Assembly: GCA_008632985.1 (NCBI GenBank)
Contig: QPGO01000015.1
Location: 497,998 to 561,997 of the forward strand
Length of the DNA: 64,000 nucleotides
Direction of reading: 5' to 3'
Source: Psammoneis japonica
Lineage: Eukaryota
Below are positions 36,201 to 48,296 of this stretch, piece by piece. Numbering within the stretch: the first letter of the stretch is position 1; every line of letters starts with the position of its first letter. Under the pieces are notes generated by a model. That model ran no database searches, was not told the DNA's origin, and was given only the letters and a program-made list of their open reading frames with translations. A program made the position numbers and the translations under genes.

Positions 36201-39200
36201 AACATGAAAAAATTGCCGATTTTGGTAAAGATTTCATGCTCGTGGCTGGTTAACGACAAGCCCATAGCCCAATCTCTTTGTCTGACTTCGAGCCAAAGTA
36301 AGCTAAATGGTTAGTGTAAATCGTTAAGTGTCATTTCCACTTCGACACAAAGAAAGCTAAATGGTTAGTGTAAATCGTTAAGTGTCATTTCCACTTCCAT
36401 ACAAAGACAGCTAAATGCTTAACGGTAGTGGTCAGATTTCAAAATCTGAGCAATACAGAAATGTCAATGATGAATAAGGATTTTAGATTGCTTCTGCCGT
36501 AAATATCATTACGCCAATGCCACTAATGAATACACAAATGAATTTGTATTCCATCCTTTTCCTGAACTTTGATCTATCGGCATTTTCGATACGAGTGCTC
36601 GACGCGATGACAATGAGGCATGCTTGTATGTGTCATGGCCATAAGCTGTGAGGCGTACCGTCACATTTGGATTGAACTCGGGGATCTTGATGTCGAAAGT
36701 AGCCATTTGTTTGACATTCGTGATTTTTCATCGCCCACAAACTGGGATTTCAACTGAGTCGAGTTGATGTTGGACGTGTTTCAAAGCACTGCGTTTGATG
36801 AAACAATTGAGGGCTCTGGAATTATGGCATTTTATGCCATGGAGACTTAAAACAGCAAATGGGTTGACAATCAAGCAGTGATCGGGTTTGCCAACATTTC
36901 CAAAAATGTGACAACAAAAGTTGCATCACTCAACAACCAACAACATCTCAAGAGATGGAAACAAGAAAAGTGACTCCTCTTTGCACTTGAATTAAAAGAG
37001 ACAACAATGCACAACAAACATTTGAGAAGGACAAGAAGCTCTTGAATGCATGGAACCAGAAGAGAGTCAATGAATCGCTCTTGTTTTGAACCTCTTGACC
37101 TGTTCTGTCCATGATGGTGGTTGGCTGAAAGGTTGGTGGTGGTTTTTTTGTGTGACTTGCAGCTTGAGGCATGTTGATGCATGAACACATGGCCCATGTG
37201 TGGTGTCACCTTTGGAAAGTGCCACTTGTGGAGCTTGGGTGGACAACTCTCTGTGCTCAAGCTTTGTCCGCCAAATGCTCCATCAAAGTCCAGATGCTGC
37301 CACATCCCACCCGACCATTGACACAAAACAGTTCTTGCAAAATGTTGTTGCCTGTTTCCCTCTTCCTCTGCAGAGCAGCCCTCTTGGTGACAGTGCTGCC
37401 CACATGCCAGAATGTGCTCAAGAATGCTTTCCATTTTGCCAGCAAAGATGCCCAACGCGGGGCTGTGTGGGCTCGAATCTCTCTCAAGACAAGCTGACAT
37501 TTGTGCCTGGCACTGGCAGCAATGCTCAGCCCTCCTTCCTGTTTGACTTCCCAGGAGTGTGCCCAGATCTCCTGCGTGCTGAGTGGCTCAACCACAAGAG
37601 TCGCTGTCTTTGTCAGTTTTGTCAGCAGGATGTGCCAAGGCTGCTCTGGCCATGTGTGTGCAAGGACAGCTGCGACAGCGCTTTCTGCTGTCAGCAAAGA
37701 GTGTGAGCTGGCTGGACTGCCCAACCCCACACTTCACAGCTCCTTGGCAGTCACTCCAAATCAAGTGCCAACTTGGGGTCAACCGCACCTGGCTGGCTGC
37801 AATGCAAAGACAGCTGTGGCAGCACTTTGTGACAACAAAGAGAGTGCGAGCTGGCTGGGCTCCCAACCCCACACTTCACAGCCCCTCAGCACTGGCTCCC
37901 AATCAAATGCCAACTTGGGGCCAATGGCTGTGAAGCCATCATTGCAAATCCCTGTGCCTGCCCCCTCACACAGCTTTGCACAGGGTCAACATGTGTGGCC
38001 TTTGCAAGATGGGCCCTGGCTGGCTGCTGGCTCTTCAGCCACACGGCTTGCACAACAAGCCACCACAACACAGAGCACTGTGGGGTGAGTGCAGCACAGC
38101 CCAAACAAGCACACCATGCTGAGATCACCCAGAGTTGGCTGCTGTCCTGGGGCTCCATTCAAAGCTGGCTGGGCTGCTTGGCTCCTTGGTGTGCAGCACA
38201 TGCTTGGCATCACATTCTTGTTGCCAAGCAGCCACATGGCATGTGCCCACCATTTGTGCCTGCAACAGCGACCCCAGCCACAAAGAAGCCAACAAAAAGT
38301 TGAACCTGGTTTTGTGGTTGAAGAGTGAAGAAACTGTGAGTGAAGTTTGGTTCAAGATTTGTTGGCAATGCCAAGTGCGCAACCAAAGAGAGGCGCCAAA
38401 AATGGCTGTTCTTGCTCATTTCTCAAGAGGAGCTTGCGCTCATGATGCAGGGTCTGAAGCAAGCACCAGCCAAGACAACAGTTTTTTCTCTCTGCCCCAC
38501 TTAAAACACAGCCTTTGAGTCAATGTGGTGCTCCTTCAACAACTCACGCACACTGGGAAGAGCAGCTGGAGCCAGGGCAGCTGGCCTGGCAGGGCTTGGC
38601 TGATACCCAAGCTGGGCTGCTCAGCCTGGTGGCACACACTCAGTGCCACATTGTCACCCTCCTGCAACTGCAATGTGCCCCACTCTTTGCACCTGCAGCA
38701 ACCACCCTGGATCAAAAGAAGCCAGTGCAACTCTGGCCATGGTTGCATGGTCAATTGTGTGTGTGTGTTCAACGGTTGATTCCCCTCTTTTTTTCTCTTT
38801 TCCTTTAACCGGCCACGAACATGAAAAAATTGCCCAAGATTTGACACCGATGCGTGTCACATCACGCACGCGAAAAATAAAACAACGGCCGGCCATGCAT
38901 CGTGCGTTCCGCTCCGGTACCAAACTGTGTAACTTTCTACATACATAGATGAGTGCGGTGTTGTACACGACACAATTTATAATGTATACGAATATGAATA
39001 AAGTCATTAAAGAATACGATATGACGGCATCCAGCATGTTGATGAAGCTGTTGGTTCTGGGACATGGCAACAACGCAAGTGCAAGAAGCAAGACATCGTG
39101 TGTTGCCTCTATCCAGTAGAAGCTCGTGTGAGAATTGCAACGACACTCTGGAGTGTTATCTTATTCATCCTGAGGGTACTATTGTCTCTCTAGCCGCTGC

Positions 39201-39203
39201 ATC

Positions 39204-40564
39204 ATGAACGGTGGAGATCGCGGTCCGCCCGAGGATATTGAGAGAGCCGATCCTGGCATTGTGGGTCCCACTCAAGGGCATGCCCTGCGAGAGTACAACA
39301 ATTCTAGGTCTCCGTCTCCTCGTGGCCGTGGCTTTGGTGGGGGAGGGCGTTATGGAGGAGGCGGTGGTGGCGGGGGTCAGCGTCGTCGTGGAAGGCGCAG
39401 CAGAAGTCGCAGTCACTCCCGCTCTCCGCCCCGTGGCCGGTCCCGCAGCTATTCCCCAGACCGACGGGGCCGTGGCCGTGTAGGGCGATCGAGGTCTCCT
39501 CCTCGGCGCTCATACAGTCGCTCGAGATCCAGATCGCCACCCAGAGGAAGATCGCCGCCGAGAGTAAGTGGCACTAGTTATCGCATAAGTGACATATGCA
39601 CCAGACATAGCCTTATGAGCTTGCTTCGATTGATGTTCTGAAATTCTTTCAACAATACAGGGAGGAGGCGACCGCTATCGGGACTACCGAGATCGGGATC
39701 GCGACCGTGGACGGGATCGCTTTGGTCCTCCGCCTCGTCATGGAGGAGGATACGGACCTCCTTTTGGTGGTGACTACGGACGTGGAGGTTATGGAGGTAA
39801 GGTGGCTCAGTTTGCTTTTCATCAGAGCTGCACTTATTCAAGCACCACGTTTATGTTCACAAATTCCGACTCTTTGCATACAGACTATGGCGGGCCTCCT
39901 CCTCCTCGCCACAGAGACCCTTACTATGACGGATATGGCGGCCCTGGTCCCGGAGGTCCGCATGGAGGACCTTACGGAGGAGGTCCACCCCCTCGCAGGG
40001 ACCGCGGTGGTGGTAGAGGGCGCCGTGACGAAGGCCCTCCCGGTGTTTCTCTTTTGGTTCGAAACGTCTCCCCGGAAATCACTACGCAAGATTTGCAAAT
40101 GGCGTTTGGTCGTATCGGAGACGTCAGAGATGTCTACATTCCTCGTGACTTCCACTCCCAGCAACCAAAGGGATTCGCTTTTGTCGAGTACGCTACACCG
40201 GAAATGGCCAGAGAAGCGCGCGATGAAATGGATCGATTCGTAATTAAGGGTCGTGAGCTTGAGGTTGTGTTTGCTCAAGAACGCCGTAAGACTCCCAACG
40301 AAATGCGTGGGCGTGTGGTTGACGGTCGGAACGAGCCCGGTCGAGGTGACCGACGTGCCAGGTGAGTTCTCATGACGACCCTATTGTGACAGCTCCTGTT
40401 CTTTTCAGCTCATTATTGTTTCACATGTATCTTGATACCATAGGTCTTCTTCTTTTGAGAGGCACCAACGACACAAGCGAGAAAGCCAAATGGGCGGAGA
40501 TGACGTGAGGGACATTGAGGATCAGAGGGCAGAGAATGGCGTCCCGCAGGACAGGCCATCCTAA
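39204..40564 (+). CDS. SR-type splicing factor (RS-rich region plus SC35/SCL-like RRM); introns 39564-39660, 39797-39883, 40362-40443
   Basis: RS/RG low-complexity region and RRM SLLVRNV...FGRIGDVRDVYIPRDFHSQQPKGFAFVEY...VVFAQERRKTPNEMR. Confidence 0.9.
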
Positions 40565-41709
40565 ACACCCCACCTCTTAGGTTTGTATTTGGTTAAGGAG
40601 ACAGTCTATAAGACTTTCGTGCGAAGCGAGCTAGATCGTCTCTATGCTTTTTTTTACTGTGTGTATATGTTCGAGATGCCAACGACAAGCTATTCGAAGA
40701 GTTTTATTGGTGCTTGTGGCAACAAGACGATGGGTTGATTACGATTGACGCAATCGAGTGTACAGGGGGTGCGTTCAAGGAAGACAGAGCAATCGAAAAT
40801 TCAAGGAAGGCACTTTCTGCATATTGTAGATTGTAATAAGGTTATATGTCACTATTCTTTCTCCAAGATCAAGACCAAGCTTTCAAGGTGTACTACATCA
40901 AGACCAAGGCCAAGGCGGGCATTTCTATTTGCACATGTCGTACTTGTTTAGTTTTTTTGTGTGCTTGTTAGTGGCAATCTGTCATGTTTCTGCATGCAAG
41001 AAGAGCTACTTTGTCGAGCACAAGGCCTCAAGTAGTGGAGATAGGTTACGGTACTGCACCAAAGTTTGCTACAATGGTTCAGTTTCCCTCTATCCAAGTC
41101 CGAATCAATTGACGTTTGAGGTTGCGTCTTTCTGTCTTTGAGACAGCGGTCGTTTCAAATCTCTTTTCTTGTAATAGTGGGCTGATACTTGCAGCTTCCT
41201 GTCCCTTCAAGAGCACGCATTTCTTCTCGATTTCCTTCCGATTTCGAAGTTAGTTTCCTGATGCTTAATTCCAAGCGCTCTATGTTGCGAAGGTTCTGGT
41301 TATGTACCTCACTAGTAAGGGGCACTAAAACATTCGTCTGAGATAGATGATGGAAGATAAGAGCTGTCGCTTGGATTTGGAGCAATGTCAACAATCATCC
41401 TCCTAATCAGTCTCTACAGCTACCTGCGAAAAGCGTTAATAGCGGTTACTAGATTACCGACTGCGTGCTGTAAGTTCTACACAATTATGTTCGCGCCAGC
41501 CGAAGTATCATTTGTGACGTGCGCACACGACGTTTCGATCCAAAGGTTCAACAAAAGCGCTTGGCTGCCTCAGTGCCTTGCGACTTGCGACCGAGAGCCC
41601 AGAGCATGTGCCTATTATTTGTGTGCTTACTTTGCCTTGAACGGAGGATCGATTCGGGCTATCAACTCCAATCAACAAGAAACCCGACGAAGTGACAGAA
41701 AGAAGAAAG

Positions 41710-42620
41710 ATGACTCCATCTTTTAGGTGCTACTGTGCCGTGGGGTTCGCAGTATTCTGTTTTCAAGAAGCTGCAAGCTTTAGCATCCTGCGTCCATCGC
41801 GAATGATCCCATCGGCTGGTGGACAATTCATTCGAAATTCCCAAAGAATAGGCCCTCTCAGAAATGCAGGGAGTGGTGGTGATGATGGGAGAAATAACGA
41901 TCCTAATCCTCTGGGTATGAATGAATACGACGATTCTGGCGGTAACGAAAACAATCAAGAGGAGGAAGGGTTGCTTGATGGAATTGATAATTGGCTGCGA
42001 TCGGGAGAAGCAATGGAGGACTTCAAGACTTATACAGTTAGTCTCGTAGTAGCTCTGATGCTTCGATTCTTCATCATTGAACCGAGATACATTCCTAGTC
42101 TCTCAATGTATCCCACCTTCTACGTTGGCGATCAACTGGCAGTGGAAAAGGTGTCGAAGCGTCTCAATCCAATTGAAAGAAAGCAAGTGGTTGTTTTTAA
42201 CCCCCCTCAAAGTTTTCGGGATGTGGTGGACAAGAAGAAGGCAAAGGAAGCTCTGATAAAGAGAGTGGTTGCAGTGGAGGTACGTCGTTCTTTTTGTCCT
42301 GTGTCTTAGCATGTTCTGTTTCGACGATTCACAGCGTTTCGAATCTTTTCGGTGGTCGCCAGGGCGACACGGTACAGGTAAAAGGTGGCAAGCTTTATGT
42401 TAATGGCGCTAAGCAAGATGAACCCTACACAGCAGAGGATGCGCAGTATGAGTTTGGGCCTGTGAAGGTTCCGGAGGGCGAACTCCTTGTGCTGGGAGAC
42501 AACCGTAACCATAGTTTTGATGGTCACCTTTGGGGATTTCTGCCAAAAGAGAATGTTATCGGGCGTGCAGTCTTTGTGTACTGGCCGCCTGGACGAATGG
42601 GAAGCGCTGGAATGTATTAA
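41710..42620 (+). CDS. Plastid/thylakoid type I signal peptidase; intron 42280-42362
   Basis: EPRYIPSLSMYPT (catalytic Ser), LIKRVVA (Lys), LGDNRNHSFDGHLWGFLP. Signal peptide ends AASF (diatom ASAF-type motif). Confidence 0.92.
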
Positions 42621-42730
42621 ATTTTTAAAAGTCTAGAAACGAAGTCCCCTCGCTACCGCTACGGTACTTCTTGTGTCTTCTGCGCCTCTTGGTGGTGAAT
42701 TCAGTACAACTAACTTCTTCTCATTACTGT

Positions 42731-44668
42731 TTATCGTAAGTATTGTTGTTGATATGGCTGACCGAATGCATTTCCAGTAGGCGGCTGAACACCAGCTTGC
42801 ATCATTTGCGGGTGCGGTGGTGGAGGCGGATATTGAGCCACGAGCGGGAAGCCATTCGGCGGCGGCGGAAGTCCCTGACCGCCAGGTAGTGGCAGAGGGA
42901 ATTGAGCGGGCATGGCAGTGCCCATTACTGGAGGTGGAGGAGGTGGCAAATTTGTCGGAGGAGGCGGGGACAGCTTTGTTGTTCCCGCATTCTCCTTCTC
43001 TTTCGATAGACGTTCAGCTTGTGATTTCAACATTGTCAAGTGAGGCTTATCTCCAATGCGTGATCTGAGAAAGAAGGCTGACTGTAAAAACGAGCAGATG
43101 CGAGAGTGTAAGTCAAGCGCGGTAGAATCGACGGTTGGCCCCTCGAAACCGGGCACCTGAACACTAGTTAGTATCTGCTGTTGGACGCAAAGTAGCTAGA
43201 CAACATTTTGTGGAAACAGAAAAATAGCAATTAATTCAGAAACAAGTCACATAAAGAATAGGAAACGTATCACAGAATTTTCATACCTGACGAAAGTCCC
43301 AAGCAATCGAATTAAGGAGCTGCTGTCTCCGATGATTGCACGAAGCAATAAATGAGTTTCTTTCATTGCTATTCATTTGTTGCATGGTAGATAATGCTGC
43401 TCCAGCAACAGATATTCTCGCGTTGAGGTTTGAGTCTAGCGATTCCAATTCAGTCACCTGCATGAGAGAAAAACAGCGACAACAATGTCCTTAGCGTTTT
43501 CTCGCATCACCTTGTTGTGTCATACACCCTCTCGTATTTTTACCATTTGGTCGTCCAGTTTCTTCAGTGCTGCTGCAGCTTCCTTTTCTTTAAGCGCAGC
43601 GAGGGTCCAGCAACCTCTGCAGATTTCCAAGAGTATCGTCCCCGACTTGTCACCGTCCTCCTTTTTCAAGAGTCTCGTGATAAGCGCTAGTGCCAAGTCA
43701 ACGCCAAGAATTTCTTTGCCAGTGGGATCAGAGAGCTTTGGGGGTGAAGGAGAAAACAGCGGCGGGTCGGGAGCCGTGGGAGGTGAAACGCCGTCGCGTG
43801 CGAACCAAGCACCAGTAATCTCGGGGGGCATCGCCTGCGTAATGCTCAACAGATCTGTTTTCTGCGCTTCAACTGCCTCAGGTGTTACAACAAATGTTTT
43901 CAATTCCGTTGATGTGGCGTCATTTGGAGAAGAGTCGCTCCCAATTCGCTGTCGCTTCTCCGGACGTGTTTCATCATCGCCACCAACATCAAATACGGTT
44001 GAAGCTCCTAAAGCGCCAGCATTGGACACATCTTCTTTTCCCATGTGCTCTTGTTTTACTGCATCTTTCAGCTTGCTCAAAGTAAGCGACGGATTTGACT
44101 TTTTCATCATTTCGAGGAACTCTGTCCAAAGAAGATTCTGATCTTGCGGGTCTGACACTGCTGGTGTCGAATTCTGGTCGCCAACAAGGGCTCGCAAGTA
44201 TACGTTCTGTGCTGTTCTGAGCTTCCCCCGCTCTTCGGCAAACCGAGCGTAATCAAGCCACACCCTTCCCAAGGATCCAGCAATCGGATCAGCAACTGCC
44301 TGCTCGTAGGCTTCTGTAGCTGACTTGTACTAACAAAGCAAAAAATTGAGAACAATTTCAGTTAGCACATGATGAAAGAAGAAAGAAATATTCGATTCTG
44401 CTAGAGGGTAGAAAGATTTAGCTATTAAGTTGGTATTTACCATTTTGGCGCTTCGGTTTAGATCGGCATAAGCTAGCCACAGCGTCGCAATGGCCTCTCT
44501 CATTTGTTCCGCATCAAGCCCGATACCTTCGCGTGCATCATCAGCCCAGTCCAACAGAGCCGACTTGTACATCATTTGCGCACCATCCATATCATTCGTC
44601 GCAAGCTTGTCTTGAGCAGCCTTGATAATGATATTGGGATCGTAGGTGGAAGCGGCATGAGCAGACAT
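42731..44668 (-). CDS. HAT/TPR-repeat protein with Pro-rich C-terminus, about 4 exons
   Basis: LWLAYADL, VWLDYARFAEERG, LLWTEFLEM HAT-like motifs. Intron 44440-44330 keeps the frame. Further GT-AG introns lie near 43540-43461 and 43286-43157. Confidence 0.75.
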
Positions 44669-45135
44669 TGTTCAAGACGTGAAGCGAGCGAGGTGCGAGA
44701 ACACAGTTACTACTCTGGCGTGACCTTCTCTTTGGAGTCTCAGACCCTTCCGTTCCACGGTTCAGTGCCACTCGTTCTTGATGCTGTACAGAGAGTCTCG
44801 GAAGGAAGTCACAGTATTAGTTTGGTTGCTGTTAGCACAAGGTTAGTAGCAGACTCAAGACGAAGAACGAAGAGATACCGGTGCAGAATGATCCGCCGCC
44901 ATTGCGTTGATACCAAAGTCCGGGTTATATATACGTCACAAGCACGTCATGCTTTCGTCGATAGCTGATGTCTTGCTTGAGGCAGGGTTTCATAGACAGA
45001 CAAACGCACACAGACAAATCCCACTTGGCGGCATTTTTGTTTTGACAAGTCTTTCACGCACATCGCACATCACACATCGCACACTCTCGCTTCGTTTTCC
45101 GCGAGAGGCAAGCAATGACAGCACCGCGGACGATA

Positions 45136-46364
45136 ATGGAGGAGGCTGGTTTGAATACTCCGCCGTTTGCAACAACGGTTGTGCTGAGAGATCAAAATGA
45201 ACGACCGTCGGGTAAGAATAAATCGACGCGCACATGATTTTAAAATATTCGAACCTAAGGTTTATCTCTAACTTTCACTTATCACGGGATGTTCACGAAG
45301 AAATCGAGCTGCTGATGAACCAGAATAGTCGACACGTTCGAGTCAGCAAAAATCTACCAGGAAGGCCTCACTTGCTGCTGCCTGGGCCCGTTACTATCGG
45401 CGTTCGAATATATACCCACGAAGACATCAAGAAGCTCGAGAGACCCAAGACCAAGGAAAAGGCTGAAAGACAAATATTGGATTGGAATAAACCACCGGGC
45501 GAAGCTATCGACAAGAGCGACTTGGATGAGGTCGAAGCATTCCGTGACGCCTACAAATACCCAGTCATCTTCTTCATTTTGCCACTAGGCGAGCCTCAAC
45601 AAACTCAATTATCCAAATCGAATTCCTTTGTAAGCCGTGTTCAAATGGCAATGTTTCCTCCCAAAGAACACACTGGAGCACCTCGTGTGTTTGTGGTGCC
45701 TGATGCCACGGCAGTCGTCACGACGCTCATATCCGTAATGAGGAGTCTCGCTCCCCAGACTCGGGAAAACAAGAAGAAGTTTTTCGAAAGCAAGGCCTCC
45801 CAATTATTTCTTCCCGATCCAAGCACGGGGTCGATACAAGCTCCCAATGAAGCCGCCAACTTTGTCGGGGAAGCGATTCAAGGCTGGATCGATCGAATGG
45901 AGATACCATCGGGTGATGCCGTCGTGTTGACCAATGAGCTGGGTTCGCTAGAAGCAATCGCAAATGCAAGTGACGCGGCGTTGGCCAACCTTCCAATCAA
46001 CGACTACACTCGAGAACTATGCGGTAAGTTTTTCGCGAATCCACAGGCTCGATCGTTGACGAATACGGAAGGCCGTGTCGACGACGCCTGGGTTCATCAA
46101 CGGCATGAACCCGAGGATCAAATTGTCCCTTCTCCGCATCGGTTCCAGTCGCAACCCATGCATTACGCTTCCCAGGAAAACGGGTTGGTACCCAGGAACC
46201 CTTCGTCACGCAAATGCTTGAATCTCCCTCCTCAATCGAGCAGGAACGAGCGCTCGCCTCATTCTAGTACTACGAGTCGCAGCCTTCCAGTCATCTCTCC
46301 TCGCGGCCTAAACACAAACGGATACCATGACGTTAGAAGCATCAACGGATACCATGGACGTTAG
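45136..46364 (+). CDS. Uncharacterised protein with C-terminal helix-hairpin-helix-like motif; intron 45212-45300
   Basis: Long ORF. Upstream exon MEEAGLNTPP... splices in frame. ELGSLEAIANASDAALANLP resembles the (HhH)2 of XPF/ERCC1-family proteins. Confidence 0.65.
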
Positions 46365-46601
46365 AAGACGAAACTGATGGTGATACACACAACCATATCT
46401 ACCTACTCACTAGCCTCACTGCTACACTGAATGAAAAACTCACCAGTTTCAATTGTGTATTCAACGAAAAAGCGAATATTATATATATTAACGTGACTTC
46501 AAAACTACAGTAGTCGGGCCGTGAAACTTACTCTAGACACACGTGGTGTGTCTCGAACAAGTCAACCATTTCTCTAGCAATCTCGTCCTCCAAATCACAA
46601 G

Positions 46602-47707
46602 TTAGAACTCCCCCGTCCCAGCATCACTATCTGTCGACCCAACGTCGCCGTCCTCCAGTCCGTCCTCGGCCCCGGCTTCCTGCAGCATCTTCAAGATCTT
46701 TCTGACAATGTAGTAAATGCCGATAAAGTACATGCTATTAAATTGTTTGAATCAGGGCGGGGAAAAGGTTGGTGAGGAATGAAGTGATCAATCAGCTGGC
46801 ATGCCAAAGTACAGAATTCAAGCAAAGCAAGTCAATCACCCCTAAACTTACGGGTTCTTCAGAAGAAAAAAGACAATGGTACCAAACCAACCGCGCTTCT
46901 CGCCAGCTCCAAACTCGGCTTGGTCGAAAGGAACGGGTTCTGCTGCCTTCCAACTCGCAACTAACTCCATTCCTTTCACCTTGTCTCCGCTCACAGCCGA
47001 AACGGCGTTCCTGCCATTATCAGTGATGAAATGACCTGTTTTCTAAGGTACGGTTAAACATGCATTGTAAAACGCAAAAGAATACGTGAGTCCAAGACAG
47101 AAAAAGCACAATCAGAACTCGGCGATCGAATGTCAAAGTTTCCAACAAACTTACGACATCAAGAATGACGAGAGTTGGAACTCCCCTAATCTGCAAACTT
47201 TGTGCAAGATTTGTCTTGATGGCTGTCGCCTCCTTGTTTGCTGGAATAGCGAGCCAGGGCATCTTTCCGTAGTACTCATGGAATGAGGGGAGATCTCGAT
47301 CCGAACTCACATACACAATTTCTAAATTCCCTCCGGAAGCGCAAGTGTTGTAGAACTTCATAAGAGTGGGTGTGAATGCCTGTCACGTTGATAGACGCAG
47401 ACAGTTGGGCGTTAAGATGAGAGGGTGAAAGACTTAAAGTCAGAGAAGACAATTTCTTATCAAGTAATGGACATACCTGACATGGACTACACCTGTTCCG
47501 TACGAATCGATTCGTACAGTACAAGAAAAAAAGAGTGAGATCATTTCGGGAGCCTCTTCGTCAACGACACAGAGTGTTCAGAACCTACCATGATGCCGAA
47601 AAGTAGAGAGCCACGAGATCTTTACCTTTCAGCAGATTCTTTGTCGGCTTCTCTGAACCAACCTTGGTCAATAGCGTTGGCCCCATCAACTTCTCTAGTT
47701 CACTCAT
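46602..47707 (-). CDS. Nucleoredoxin/tryparedoxin-like thioredoxin with C-terminal hydrophobic segment, 5 exons
   Basis: Spliced: KGKDLVALYFSASW-CSPCQ-AFTPTL...LEIVYVSSDRDLPSFHEYYGKMPWLAIP...IRGVPTLVILD. Confidence 0.9.
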
Positions 47708-48296
47708 CGTTCTTGCTGTTACTGTAGTTGCTAGGCTTGTGTTTACTGTAACGTTTTGGATTTCTTTTTTCTCTTTTTTTGTGCCCGGTGCCCGCCGCGC
47801 GCTTCGCCTTTGTTTTCTGTGTAAGACTGGCTGACTGACGTACCTACGGCGGACAGGGAATGGAACAATTGCGTCGTTCTTAGGCGTTTGTACTGTACTT
47901 TCCTATCCTGATTTTTATTTTTTTAATCGAATCATCATTTCTACCGGTGGTAGTCCTACTGTAAGTGACAGTGGCGTGCTTCAGCCAGCCCTTCCGCACT
48001 CTCTCTCTACTAGAGATAGCTTTTACTACGTAGCTTTGGGCTTTCCTTCTTTACAGGGCTTCAAAACAGCTGAAAATCTACTCGTAAACACAATTCCGTG
48101 TGAATTGAGAATCCTATACAAACCTTTGGTTTCGTTCGGGTTCTTTTCAAGTAACATTTCATTGGCAATCAATTCAGCTCGTCTCTCCTTCAAGCTCTCT
48201 CAACCGGTAGTGTCCTCTACTCTTCTATGTAGAGCGAAAGGGCGTCCTCTCTCTAGGCCATGAGCCATGAGAAGGCCGCTGTCAGTCAGCCAAAGA

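Larger units (their letters stand above)
33601..38834. repeat. Near-identical 2617-bp head-to-tail tandem duplication (33601-36217 and 36218-38834)
   Basis: Both copies start gattttggtaaagatttcatgc and end gaacatgaaaaaattgcc. The ORF track is duplicated with a 2617-bp offset. Confidence 0.97.

Noticed and set aside
46317..46367. 27-bp duplication at the 3' end of the HhH gene
   Set aside because: Small local slippage. The copies differ by one G, possibly a consensus error, with no evident function.
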